Shown one piece after another: positions 1 through 11,699 of a DNA stretch of 64,000 nucleotides (positions are counted from its first letter, which is position 1; each line of letters begins with the position of its first letter). The DNA comes from Octopus sinensis. Taxonomy: Eukaryota. The position numbers and the translations under genes were made by a program. The stretch is taken from contig NC_043025.1 of NCBI RefSeq assembly GCF_006345805.1, positions 4,340,001 through 4,404,000 on the forward strand. The letters are read 5' to 3'. The notes under the pieces were generated by a model. That model saw only the letters and a program-made list of their open reading frames with translations. It did no database searches and was not told the DNA's origin.

Positions 1-140
1 CCATGCTAGCATGGGTAGGACGGTTCAACTGGGGTCTGTGAAGCCAGACGGCTGCATCGGGTCCAGTCTGATCTGGCAGTGTTTCTACGGCTGGATGCCC
101 TTCCTAACGCTAACCAGTCCGTGAGTGTAGTGGCTGCTTT
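1..140 (-). mobile_element. SINE family D fragment (AGGAAGGGCATCCAGC core, (ATG)n tail)
   Basis: Matches copies at 4458-4945, 14172-14408, 33745-34205 and 56700-57215 (ctggatgcccttcctaacgccaacc). Confidence 0.75.
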
Positions 141-247
141 TTATATATATATATATATAATTATTAATATTTGAGGGAATAAAATCCAAAACTTACAAGG
201 AAAAAAAATTCAATTTAGAAGTACTAAATCAAATTTCACACAATATA

Positions 248-300
<53 letters not shown>

Positions 301-499
301 TATATAAATAAAAATTAGAAAAAAACCACCTTTTATCAATTCAAAATGAACAATTAAATTACACCATCCAGAAAATTACACTTAAAAGAAATATTAACAT
401 TAAAATAACAATAAAATGTCAATGACTAAGTAAATTGCAAAAAAAAAAATAATAATATCTTATGTAAAATGTGTATATATGTATATATATGAGTGTGTA

Positions 500-806
500 G
501 AGGCGCAATCGCCCAGTGGTTAGGGCAGCAGACTCGCGGTTGTAGGGTCGCAGTTTCGATTCCCAGAACGGGCGTTGTGAGTGTTTATTGAGCGAAAGCA
601 CCTAAAGCTCCACGAGGCTCCGGCAGGGGGTGGTGTCGCACCCTGCTGTACTCCTTCACCACTCTTTCTCTTTCTCTTTCTTCTGTTGCCCTGCTCGCTT
701 AGCCAGCGGGGTGGTGTCATTTGAAGGCTAAAACAATGTGAAGCGCATTGTGACCAGCGATGTGGAGAAACATCTGATGGCGTGGTCGGTCACGGTAATC
801 ACGGTG
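500..806 (+). mobile_element. tRNA-derived SINE family C
   Basis: Head ggcgcaatcgcccagtggttagggcagc with A/B-box-like motifs and a (TA)n tail; near-identical copies at 17457-17747 and 17880-18162, and a 3' half at 35990-36097. Confidence 0.8.
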
Positions 807-859
<53 letters not shown>

Positions 860-911
860 GTTTAAATATTTGTTGTGCAAGATTTTTATGTGAAGTCGTG
901 TGTTGAAACAG

Positions 912-1303
912 ATATTGTTGTATTTAGGAATGGTCATATTGCCAGTTTAGCCAATAAAAACACACGTGCTATATATTTGGTGTTACTTTGCTTCAGTGTT
1001 ATTTATTTTTTACATTAATCTTAATCTTATTTCAGCCAGAGTTCTTTCGTCACACTCCTATGACCGCATCAGTGGTCCTTTGTTTTCTTCTTTCTTATTT
1101 GTGTCTCTCCTTACTAACCGTCAGCCATTTTGTATTTCTATTGTGATGCGGTCACAGGAGTGTGACGAAAGAACTCTGGCCGAAATAAGATTAAGATTAA
1201 TGTAAAAAATAAATAACACTGAAGCAAAGTAACACCAAATATATAGTGCGTGTGTTTTTATTGGCTAAACTGGCAAAATGACCATTCCTAAATACAACAA
1301 TAT
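912..1303. mobile_element. Foldback MITE-like element with ~160-bp inverted arms and a ~72-bp spacer
   Basis: 912-1071 is the reverse complement of 1144-1303 with a few mismatches; (TA)n lies directly on the right and ~60 bp away on the left. Confidence 0.75.
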
Positions 1304-1321
1304 ATATATATATATATATAT

Positions 1322-1356
<35 letters not shown>

Positions 1357-1404
1357 AAAACACACTCACAAACATACTCATTATGATGTTTTTTTCTGTT
1401 TTAG

Positions 1405-1575
1405 ACTCGAAAGTCACGATCTCACTCCAGAAGTCGGTCCAGATCAAAATCAAGATCACCCTACCGGTCAGCTCGCACTTCCCGCCATCGACGTAAGAAG
1501 CATAGCTTTAGGTCAAAGTCACGGTCGCACTCTAGGAGCCGGCGCTACCGCAGGTCCCGCTCACCTCACAAAAGA
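1405..1575 (+). CDS. RSRC2: RSRC2 (arginine/serine-rich coiled-coil protein 2), first coding exon visible in the window; earlier exons lie upstream
   Basis: Acceptor ttttctgttttag|ACT and donor AGA|gtaagt; 171 nt, phase 0-0; translates to TRKSRSHSRSRSRSKSRSPYRSARTSRHRRKKHSFRSKSRSHSRSRRYRRSRSPHKR. This frame is not in the ORF track. Confidence 0.85.
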
Positions 1576-1752
1576 GTAAGTTTTTTTTTTTTTTTTTAAT
1601 GTTTATCATCGCATCAATGTGGCTGTTCCATGGGAATCTATGTTACTGTTGTTTTTAACCCCAGGAGAATCCTCCTCCCACAGGTTATCAATGCAACCTG
1701 CACCTGATAAATATATTGCACGCAGGGAAGCGAAACCCTGCCATCTTCTAGC

Positions 1753-1914
1753 ACAGTGCCTCTTAAACTATGGGTCACGACCCCCAAATGGGGTTGTGAA
1801 AATTAAATTCAAACACTTGAATTTCAGTTTATATGTTATTTCATAAATGCATATCTAATACTGGGGTCACAAAAAATCTGGTGATGATAAATGGGGTCAT
1901 GAATGAAAAGAGGT
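1753..1914. mobile_element. hAT/Charlie-like MITE, interrupted at its right end by the piggyBac-like array
   Basis: Starts cagtgcctcttaaactatgggtcacgacccc and has internal ggggtca motifs typical of Charlie-type MITEs. Confidence 0.45.
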
Positions 1915-3308
1915 TTAACCCTTTTGTTACCATATTTCTGTTGAGGTGCTCTGTGTTTCTTTCAATTATTTTAAATATAACAAAGAATTTAGTAAAATAA
2001 CATCGTTATAATTAAGCTAGTTTTAGAAACATAAGTTGTGACTAAGGCTTGGTGGAAGATTTTAATTCAAAACTTATGAAAACAAGACTTTTGTACTACA
2101 GAGCCAGAGGTGGTTTCAGCCGGGTTGGTATCGAAAGGGTTAAAAATATCATGGGGACTTTAACCCTTTTGTTACCATATTTCTGTTGAGATGCTCTGTT
2201 TCTTTCAATTAATTTTAAATATAACAAAGAAATTAGTAATTAACTTGGTTATCATTCAGCTGGTGTTAGGAACATAAATTGTGACTAAGGTTTGGTGGAA
2301 GATTTTAATTCAGAACTTATGAAAACAAGGCATTTGTACTACAGAGCCAGGTTGGTATCAAAAGGGTTAAAAATATCATGGTGACTTTAACCCTTTTGTT
2401 ACCATATTTCTGTTGAGATGCTCTGTGTTTCTTTTAATTAATTTTAAGTATAACAAAGAATTTAGTAAAATATAGTTATCATTCAGCTAGTGTTAGGAAC
2501 ATAAATTGTGACTAAGGTTTGATGGAAGATTTTAATTCAAAACTTATGGAAACAAGACATTTGTAGTCAGAGCCAGAGGCAGTTTCTGCCGGGTTGGTAT
2601 CGAAAGGGTTAAAAATATCATGGTGACTTTAACCCTTTTGTTACCATATTTCTGTTGAGATGCTCTGTGTTTCTTTTAATTAATTTTAAGTATAACAAAG
2701 AATTTAGTAAAATATAGTTATCATTCAGCTAGTGTTAGGAACATATATTGTGACTAAGGTTTGATGGAAGATTTTAATTCAAAACTTATGAAAACAAGAC
2801 ATTTGTAGTCAGAGCCAGGTTGGTATCAAAAGGGTTAAAAATATCATGGTGACTTTAACCCTTTTGTTACCATATTTCTGTTGAGATGCTCTGTGTTTCT
2901 TTTAATTAATTTTAAGTATAACAAAGAATTTAGTAAAATATAGTTATCATTCAGCTAGTGTTAGGAACATATATTGTGACTAAGGTTTGATGGAAGATTT
3001 TAATTCAAAACTTATGAAAAGAAGACATTTGTACTACAGAGCCAGGTTGGTATCAAAAGGGTTAAAAATATCATGGTGACTTTAACCCTTTTGTTACCAT
3101 ATTTCTGTTGAGATGCTCTGTGATTCTTTTAATTAATTTTAAGTATAACAAAGAATTTAGTAAAATATAGTTATCATTCAGCTAGTGTTAGGAACATAAA
3201 TTGTGACTAAGGTTTGGTGGAAGATTTTAATTCAAAACTTATGAAAACAAGACATTTGTACTACAGATCCAGAGCTGGTTTCAGCAGGGTTGGTATCAAA
3301 AGGGTTAA
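1915..3308. mobile_element. Tandem array of six ~210-225-bp piggyBac-like MITEs (family E)
   Basis: Each unit is TTAA-CCCTTT(T/C)GTTACC...GGTATC(A/G)AAAGGG-TTAA; units start near 1919, 2164, 2391, 2633, 2859 and 3086 and are separated by the 16-bp spacer aaatatcatggtgact. Confidence 0.85.
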
Positions 3309-3351
3309 CCCTTTACTATTCAGATTATTGTTTCAAACATAATGCATAATG

Positions 3352-3744
3352 GGTGCAGGAGTGGCTGTGTGGTAAGTAGCTTGCTTACCAACCACATGGT
3401 TCCGGGTTCAGTCCCACTGCGTGACACCTCGGGCAAGTGTCTTCTACTATAGCCTCGGGCCAACCAAAGCCTTGTGAGTGGATTTGGTAGACGGAAACTG
3501 AAAGAAGCCTGTCGTATATATGTATATACTTATATATATTTGTGTGTCTGTGTTTGTCCCCCCAACATCGCTTGACAACCGATGCTGGTGTGTTTACGTC
3601 CCCGTGACTTAGCGGTTCGGCAAAAGAGACCGATAGAATAAGCACTAGGCTTACAAAGAATAAGTCCCGGGGTCGATTTGTTCGACTAAAGGTGGTGCTC
3701 CAGCATGGCCGCAGTCAAATGACTGAAACAAGTACACAAAAGAG
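3352..3744 (+). mobile_element. tRNA-derived SINE family A (~400 bp), the most abundant SINE in the window
   Basis: Head ggagtggctgtgtggtaag...ggttcagtccc, internal (TA)/(TG) tract and (GTAAAAGA)n-like tail. Other copies at about 5210-5605(-), 7255-7615(+), 13540-13975(-), 22265-22710(+), 41496-41897(+), 42150-42567(-), 46776-47180(+), 47880-48272(-) and 57310-57960(+). Confidence 0.85.
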
Positions 3745-3909
3745 TAGCATATGTATTCACGTGATTTAAAATTAATCATGCATTATTTCATAGCTTTGAG
3801 ATTTTGATGATGAGATGGTTTATTTTTAAAATGACTGTGTAGGGCAGGTGTGAAAGGCCAGATATGACCAGTTTGATGATAAAATAGGTTAGAATATTTC
3901 TGCCAGATA

Positions 3910-4945
3910 CATCATCATCATCATTTAATGTCCGCCTTCCATGCTGACATGGATAGAATGCTTTGACAGGAGCCAGCCAGGCAGAAGCCTGCATCAGATT
4001 TTTGTGTCTGTTTTGGCAGGATTTTTACAGCTGGATGCCCTTCCTAACACCAATCACTCTGCAGAGTGGACTGAGTGCTTTTTATGTGGCACAAGCACAG
4101 GTGAGGTCAGTTTTGGCAAGGTTTTTATAGCTGGATGCCCTTCCTAATACCAATCACTCTGCAGAGTGGACTGAGTGCTTTTTATGTGGCACAAGCACAG
4201 GTGAGGTCAGTTTTGGCAAGGTTTTTACAGCTGGATGCCCTTCCTAACACCAACCACTCTGCAGAGTGGAACAAGTTGAGGACTTAGTTTGCTTGAGTGC
4301 TTGTGGGTCATTTGCTATGTTTTTTCTTGAGTGAACAGCAAGGCCTGCTCTGCTTTGTGCCTCAAAACCACAATGACAGGTTTAGAGGAGCAGCGCTTTG
4401 CCAGTGTGCCTTCATGTTTGCGTGATGTTGGTCCCGATGTTGGAATCAACTTAGCTCGTATCATCATCATCATCATCGTTTAACGTCCGTTCTCCATGCT
4501 AGCATGGGTTGGACGGTTCGACCGGGGATCTGGGAAGCCAGAAGGCTGCACCAGGCTCCGGTCTTATCTGGCAAAGTTTCTACAGCTGGATGCCCTTCCT
4601 AACGCCAACCACTCCGTGAGTGTAGTGGGTGCTTTTTACGTGCCAGGCGAGGCTGGCATCGGCCACGGTTGGATTGGTGCATTTTATGGAAGCCAGTCAA
4701 GGCGGCACTGGCTTCGGCTACGATTCGGATGGTGCTTTTTACGTGCCACCGACACGGAAGCCAGTCGAGGCGGAGTTGGCATCGGCCACAATTCGGATGG
4801 TGCATTTTATGGAAGCCAGTCGAGGCGGCACTGGCTTCGGCTATGATTCGGATGGTGCTTTTTACGTGCCACTGACACGGAAGCCAGTCGGGGCAGCACT
4901 GGCATCGGCCACAATTCGGATAGTGCTTTTTACGTACCTCCAGTC
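3910..4945 (-). mobile_element. Two SINE family D copies with internal tandem repeats
   Basis: catcatcatc tails at 3911 and 4460; a ~107-bp duplication in the first copy and alternating ~40-60-bp units (gtgccaccgacacggaagccagtc...) in the second. This explains ORFs 4496..4846, 4599..4955 and 4629..5336. Confidence 0.75.
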
Positions 4946-4999
4946 CCAGGGCCATGGCATCTGCCAGGTGTTAGTCATAGGATTGATTCAATTTCGATC

Positions 5000-5033
<34 letters not shown>

Positions 5034-5655
5034 ACAGGCTCCCTTCAGTTTCTGTCTACCAAATCTACTCAAGGATTTGGTTGGCCTGAGGCTATTGTAG
5101 AAGGCACGTGTCCAAAGTGCTGCGCAGCAGGATCGAACCAGAACCATGTGGTTGGGAAGCAAGCTTCTTACCACACAGCCACACCTGTGTCTATGATTAA
5201 AAAGATTTCATTACTCTTTTACTTGTTTCAGTCATTTGACTGCGGCCATGCTGGAGCACCGCCTTTAATCGAGCAACTCGACCCCGGACTTATTCTTTGT
5301 AAGCCCAGTACTTATTCTATCGGTCTCTTTTGCTGAACCGCTAAGTGACGGGGACGTAAACACACCAGCGTCGGTTGTCAAGCAATGCTAGGTGGACAAA
5401 CACAGACACACATACATACACGCACACATATATATATTCATATATACGACGGGTTTCTTTCAGTTTCCGTCTACCAAATCCACTAACAAGGCATTGGTTG
5501 GCCCGGGGCTATAGCAGAAGACACTTGCCCAAGGTGCCACGCAGTGGGACTGAACCCGGAACCATGTGGTTGGTTAGCAAGCTACTTACCACACAGCCAC
5601 TCCTACAAAGATTTTTCACTTCTCTATATTATGTAATGTGTCTATTTGTTTACAG

Positions 5656-6085
5656 AGCAAACATCGGCGCCGAAGTCGTTCTCGAGAGCAATACCGATCA
5701 AAAGAGAAACGGCGGTCACGCTCTAGGGATCGGTTTGGACGGAGCACTCGCGGAAGAGACTACTACAAAGAGCGCAGCAGCCCACCATCGAGGCGCAAGA
5801 GTCGAAGTCGGGACAGGAGTCGAGAGAGAAGTCGTGATCGGAGTCGCGACAGGAGCCGAGATAGGAGTCGCGACAGGAGTCGAGATAGGAGTCGTGACCG
5901 AGAGTCACACCGCGGCAACAGTTCACGGGATCATACTCGCCGTGATCACAGAGACAGCACGTCGGGACGCAGCAAAGAGAAGCAATTGAACTTTAAGGAA
6001 CAGATGCGACAGGGCCTACTTAAAGCCAGTAAAATGTGGACTGAATCGAACGGATCATTCAGCGAATTCATTGAGGAGAAGAAAG
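5656..6085 (+). CDS. RSRC2: RSRC2 exon, RS/RD dipeptide-rich region
   Basis: Acceptor tttgtttacag|AGC and donor AAAG|gttagt; 430 nt, phase 0-1; in frame with ORF 5638..6090 (SKHRRRSRSRE...SRDRSRDR...EEKK). Confidence 0.92.
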
Positions 6086-6175
6086 GTTAGTGAAGTTTTT
6101 TTTTCTTTCTTTTTCTTTGTGGGGTGGGGCGACGGGGGGCTTTCAAAATGATGTATTTTATTTCGTGAAAATCTG

Positions 6176-7020
6176 TCATCATCATCATTGTTCGACCGTG
6201 GTCGAGACAATGGAATTTACCATGCTACGCCAGACTTCACGGTCCATCATGGCATTACGGAGATCCTGTTGCTGGATGCCTGTATCCCTGGAGATTACAT
6301 CAGGGTAGGAGAGTGTGCGCCCTCTGGTATTGCGAGTAGATGGCTTCCAGAGGAGAAGAGCAGAAATTACCTCTTTTTCAGCTCTACAACAATGTCCAGC
6401 AAACTGGACTCTCCTACCTTTCACAAGAGATGACACAGGTGGTAGTTTCCCATACATTTGTACTTTAGTTGGATGACTCTTCCATGAGAGATTTTGAGCT
6501 CTCATAAGGAGGCGAGTGTAGGTTCCATCCAACCGCCTCTCGAAGAGTGGGCGCCCCCTGGTATCGCGAGCAGATGGGCTTCCAGAGGAGAAGAGCAGAA
6601 AGTACCTCGTTTTCGGCTCTCCAACAATGTCCAGCAAACTGGACTCTCCTACCTTTCACAAGAGATGACACAGGTGGTAGTTTCCCATATATTTGTACTT
6701 TGGTTGGATGACGCTTCCACGAGAGATTTTGAGCTCTCATAAGGAGGCAAGTGTAGGTTCCATCCAACCGCCTCTCAAGCTTCTTTGATAACGTCCAGGT
6801 TTCTGAGCCATATAGTAGAATTGGTTCGACTGTGGCTTTGAAGATTTCAAGTTTGAAGTCTCTACTTAGATTTGATGACCACATCTTATGCATGTCATAA
6901 CAGGCTGACCAGGCCATACCCTTTCTAGTTAGAAAATCTTTTCCAGATGATGATATGTATGACCCAAGATATTTGTAATCAGAAACCATATTTAAGGGCG
7001 CATCTGTAGTTTTTATCGCC
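6176..7020 (-). mobile_element. 5'-truncated RTE-clade LINE 3' end with a ~235-bp internal duplication
   Basis: DYKYLGS...LLYGSETWTL...RRLDGTYTRLL...FAGHCWR in ORFs 6465..6989 and 6185..6637; (ATG)n tail. Confidence 0.85.
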
Positions 7021-8140
7021 TTTTATCTTGTACTTGTTTCCAGCATATCAGACTATGGCCATGCTGGGGCACCACCTTGAAGGACTTTTATTCGAATGAA
7101 TAAGCCCCAGTAGTTTTTTTTTTTTTTAAGCCTGGCTCTTATTTTTTCAGCCTCCTTTGCTGAACTACTAAGTTATGGGAACGTAAACACACCAGTGCAG
7201 ATTGTCAAGTGTAAGAGTGTCAAGGGTCAAAGACACACACACACATACATATATGTATGTGGTAAGTAGCTTGCTAACCAGCCATATGGTTCCGGGTTCA
7301 GTCCCACTGCATGGCATCTTGGGCAAGTGTCTTCAGCTATAGCCCCGTGCCGACCAATGCCTTGTGAGTGGATTTGGTAGACGGAAGCTGAAAGAAGCCC
7401 GTCGTATATATGTATATATATATGCATGTGTGTGTTTGTGTGTCTGTGTTTGTCTCCCTAGCATTGCTTGACAACCGATGCTGGTGTGTTTACGTCCCCA
7501 TCACTTAAGTACTGGGCTTACAAAGAATAAGTCCCGGGGTCGATTTGCTCGACTAAAGGCGGTGCTTCAGCATGGCCGCAGTCAAATGACTGAAACAAGT
7601 AAAAGAGTAAAAGAGTAATATATATATACACACACATACACATCTGCGAAGGGCTTCTTTCAGTTTCCATCTACTAAATTCACTGACAAGGTTTTGGTCT
7701 ACCCAAGGCTATAGTAGAAAGGACTTGTCCATGGTGCCACACAGTAGGACTGAACCCAGAACCATGTTATCAGGAAGCAAATTTCTTACCACACAACCAC
7801 ATCTGCACCTATGTATACACACACACACACACACACGTATATCTCTGTATGTGCTCTACCACCACTTGACGACCAGTGTTGGTTTGTTTACACCCCTGTA
7901 ACTTACCAGTTTGACAAAAGAAAACTGATAGATTTTGAAAAAAGCCTAAGTACTGGGGTAGATTTGTTTTGACTGAAAACCCTCTCAATGCAGGTGCCCC
8001 AGCATGGCCACATTCCAGTAAATGGAATAAGTGAAAAATAAACAATGAAGTTCCACTTGATTTTAACACCTGACAAAGATTGTTCATGGAATGCCACCTG
8101 TTGGTCTAAAATGTTTTGTTGTTTTCTCCTTTGATAGCAG

Positions 8141-8265
8141 AGCCCTCAACGGAAACCCCAAATAGCCTAAACACAGCCATCCTAAACAACCTGGCAGCAG
8201 TGCAGAATTCTACAGTGACACCTCAAGTGGCCCTACTTCAAACGATGGCTGCCATGAACAAAAAG
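8141..8265 (+). CDS. RSRC2: RSRC2 exon
   Basis: Acceptor ctcctttgatagcag| (NAGNAG) and donor AAG|gtatgc; 125 nt completes the phase-1 codon; EPSTETPNSLNTAILNNLAAVQNSTVTPQVALLQTMAAMNKK, where VTPQ..A...MAA matches the RSRC2 motif before the conserved block. Confidence 0.88.
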
Positions 8266-8330
8266 GTATGCGTGTGGATTGATTAATTAATTAATTAATT
8301 ACGCTTTTGACACTCGTTTTTAGAATTGTG

Positions 8331-8727
8331 GGATCTTTTCGGTTTGACCGGCAGTTTTTTCTAGTGGTGTCATATGAAATTGTCACCCATAATTATGACC
8401 CTAGTATCGATCTATTGCATTTCAATCAGTGTTAGGGTTAGGGGGAAGGATATCTTTTTTCTTCAGAAATGTAAATAAACCCAATCTGTTTCTTAAACGA
8501 GGAACATATTCATACGGCACAGAATGTTTTTTTTTTTACCTCAATAGACGTCAGTGATTGGTTGAAATTGCAGAAATTGAAGAAAAAAAAAACAACAAAT
8601 ATCTTACAAACTATAGAATTTTCTCAATAAAGCCAAGAGAAAAAAGATGTTTTATAAACACATTCTACCAGTATGTTTAGTTACCTAGAAATTATGTTAA
8701 AATCTGCCGTTCAAACCGTAAAGATCC
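8331..8727. mobile_element. Merlin-like MITE (family G), single copy
   Basis: TIRs GGATCTTTTCGGTTTGACCGGCAG / CTGCCGTTCAAACCGTAAAGATCC and an 8-bp TSD GAATTGTG on both sides (8323-8330, 8728-8735). GG termini with an 8-bp TSD fit the Merlin superfamily (inference). Confidence 0.8.
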
Positions 8728-8905
8728 GAATTGTGGGTCACCTGGCTTAATGTCGGTCTCTGTCAGAAGCCACCAGTCACTGGTGGATGTTTTGGTATTG
8801 GCAATTCGATGCTGGCTTCTTTGACATCAGACGTTTGTGGTTGTATGTTATCGTTATCTCTCTCTCTCTCTCCCACTCTATCTCCCCCTCTCTCTAATTG
8901 TATGC

Positions 8906-9608
8906 TTAACCCTTTCGTTACCAACCCGGCTGAAACTGCCCCTGGCTCTGTAGTACAAATGTCTTATTTTCATAAGTCTTGAATTAAAATCTTCCACCAA
9001 ACCTTAGTCACAATTTATGTTCCTAAAACTAGCTTAATGATAACTAAGTTATTTTACTAAATTCTTTGTTATATTTAAAATTGAAAGAAACACAGAGCAT
9101 CTCAACAGAAATATGGTAACAAAAGGGTTAAAGTCACCATGATATTTTTAACCCTTTCAATACCAAACCTGGTTCTGTAGTACAAATGTCTTGTTTTCAT
9201 AAGTTTTGAATTAAAATCTTCCACCAAACCTTAGTCACAATTTATGTTCCTAATACCAGCTGAATGATAACTAAGTTATTTTACTGAATTCTTTGTTATA
9301 TTTAAAATTAATTGAAAGAAACACAGAGCATCTCAACAGAAATATGGTAACAAAAGGGTTCAAGTCACCAAGATATTTTTAACCCTTTTGATACCAACCC
9401 AGCTGAAACCACCTCTGGCTCTGTAGTACAAATGTTTTGTTTTCAAAAGTTCTGAATTAAAATCTTCCACCAAACCTTAGTCACAATTTATGTTCCTAAT
9501 ACCAGCTGAATGATAACTAAGTTATTTTACTGAATTCTTTGTTATATTTAAAATTAATTGAAAGAAACACAGAGCATCTCAAAATAAATACAGTAACGAA
9601 AGGGTTAA
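8906..9608. mobile_element. Three-unit family E MITE array, inverted relative to 1915-3308
   Basis: Reverse complement of the same unit and spacer (agtcaccatgatattt); a further partial-plus-full pair lies at 12749-13077. Confidence 0.85.
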
Positions 9609-9765
9609 GAAGTGAGCTTCTTCGTCACACAGCCATGTTTGTATTTAACCTCATTTTGACCCTGATCAAGCTCAATGCCGTTCCCACCATGGCTGTTTCT
9701 CCTAACCTTAATTATTGCTGTTGTAGCTATTGCTATTGTTTTATTTATTCATTTATTTATTTAAG

Positions 9766-9894
9766 GCCCAAGAGATGACTGGAATCGCTGTGCCCAAGTA
9801 TTATAACCCCGCTGCTGTAAATCCCTTGAAATACGCTGAGCAAGTACAGAAGAGGAAATTACTGTGGTCCCGCACACCGAAAGACAAAGTGAAG
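9766..9894 (+). CDS. RSRC2: RSRC2 exon, conserved GIAVPxYYNPAAVNP block
   Basis: Acceptor tttatttaag|GCC and donor AAG|gtgagt; 129 nt, phase 0-0; AQEMTGIAVPKYYNPAAVNPLKYAEQVQKRKLLWSRTPKDKVK, compared with vertebrate ETGIAVPSYYNPAAVNPMKFAEQEKKRKMLW as recalled. Confidence 0.95.
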
Positions 9895-10005
9895 GTGAGT
9901 AATCTCTGCGTACTGGCACAGGGAGATGAAATTCTGATTCTGTAAGATGGGGAGCATGTTTTGACTCATCAGATGGGACTATGTTTTATTACTATTAGGG
10001 CAGTT

Positions 10006-11425
10006 GGATCTTTTCGGTTTGAATGGCAGTTTTTAACATAATTTTTAGGGAACTAAAAAATTTTAAACGTCGTATACTGGTAGGATGTGTTTATAAAACA
10101 ACTTTTTCTCTTGGCTTTATTGAGAAAATTCTATAGTTTGTAAGATATTTGTTGTTGTTTTTTTTCTTCAATTTCTGCAATTTCAACCAATCAGTGACGT
10201 CTATTGAGGTAAAAAGTATTCTGTGCCGTATGAATATTCCCTCATTTAAGAAACAGGGATCTTTTCGGTTTGACCGGCAGTTTTTTAAAATAATTTCCAC
10301 GCAGCTAAACACTTTTAAACTTCATATACTGGTAGGATGTGTTTATAAAACATCTTTTTCTCTTGGCTTTATTGAGAAAATTCTATAGTTTGTAAGATAT
10401 TTGTTGTTGTTTTTTTTCTTCAATTTCTGCAATTTCAACCAATCAGTGACGTCTATTGAGGTAAAAAGTATTCTCTGCCGTATGAATATTCCCTCATTAA
10501 GAAGAAACAGGGATCTTTTCGGTTTGACCGGCAGTTTTTTAAAATAATTTCCACGCAGCTAAACACTTTTAAACTTCATATACTGGTAGGATGTGTTATA
10601 AAACATCTTTTTCTCTGGCTTTATTGAGAAAATTCTATAGTTTGTAAGATATTTGTTGTTGTTTTTTTTCTTCAATTTCTGCAATTTCAACCAATCAGTG
10701 ACGTCTATTGAGTAAAAAGTATTCTGTGCCGTATGAATATTCCCTCATTTAAGAAACAGGGATCTTTTCGGTTTGACCGGCAGTTTTTTAAAATAATTTC
10801 CACGCAGCTAAACACTTTTAAACTTCATATACTGGTAGGATGTGTTTATAAAACAACTTTTTCTCTTGGCTTTATTGAGAAAATTCTATAGTTTGTAAGA
10901 TATTTGTTGTTGTTTTTTTTCTTCAATTTCTGCAATTTCAACCAATCAGTGACGTCTATTGAGGTAAAAAGTATTCTGTGCCGTATGAATATTCCCTCAT
11001 TTAAGAAACAGGGATCTTTTCGGTTTGACCGGCAGTTTTTTAAAATAATTTCCACGCAGCTAAACACTTTTAAACTTCATATACTGGTAGGATGTGTTTA
11101 TAAAACATCTTTTTCTCTTGGCTTTATTGAGAAAATTCTATAGTTTGTAAGATATTTCTTGTTGTTTTTTTCTGCAATTTCAACCAATCACTGACGTCCA
11201 TTGAGGTAAAAAACATTCTGTGTCGTATGAATATGTCCCTCGTTTAAGAAACAGATTGGGTTTATTTACATTTCTGAAGAAAAAAAAGATACCCTTCCCC
11301 CCCTACCCTTAACCCTATCTCTAAAATAGATTGAAATACAATAGATCGATACTAGGGTCATAATTATGGGTGACAATTTCATATGACACCGCTAGAAAAA
11401 ACTCCCGTTCAAACAGAAAATATCC
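10006..11425. mobile_element. Family G MITE expanded into five head-to-tail ~251-bp units
   Basis: GGATCTTTTCGG restarts at 10006, 10257, 10511, 10760 and 11012; there is one right TIR at 11401-11425; the whole array is flanked by the 8-bp TSD GGGCAGTT. Confidence 0.85.
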
Positions 11426-11699
11426 GGGCAGTTTTCCATGCCTTGCGGATGGCAGAGTAACACGGGATTTTTGTGTGGGGGTTTACCTCGGATTACCCCG
11501 AGTGAACTGCCCCACTATTAAGGATTCTATTTATTTATTTATTTCTCTAGTTTCTATCATATATCCTCTGTTATATCTCTTAATGTGGTAGTATCTCCTT
11601 TTGATTGAAGTAAACCCCCACCCGCCCACCCACCTGTTTTGGGTTTTGTTTTGTTCTGTGTGATGTAACCTCTCCTTTAGTATTGTCCTCATTTTTACT

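Noticed and set aside
5375-5989. 204-aa ORF overlapping the RSRC2 exon
   Set aside because: It starts in a SINE A copy and runs through the RS exon in an alternative frame, with no independent support.
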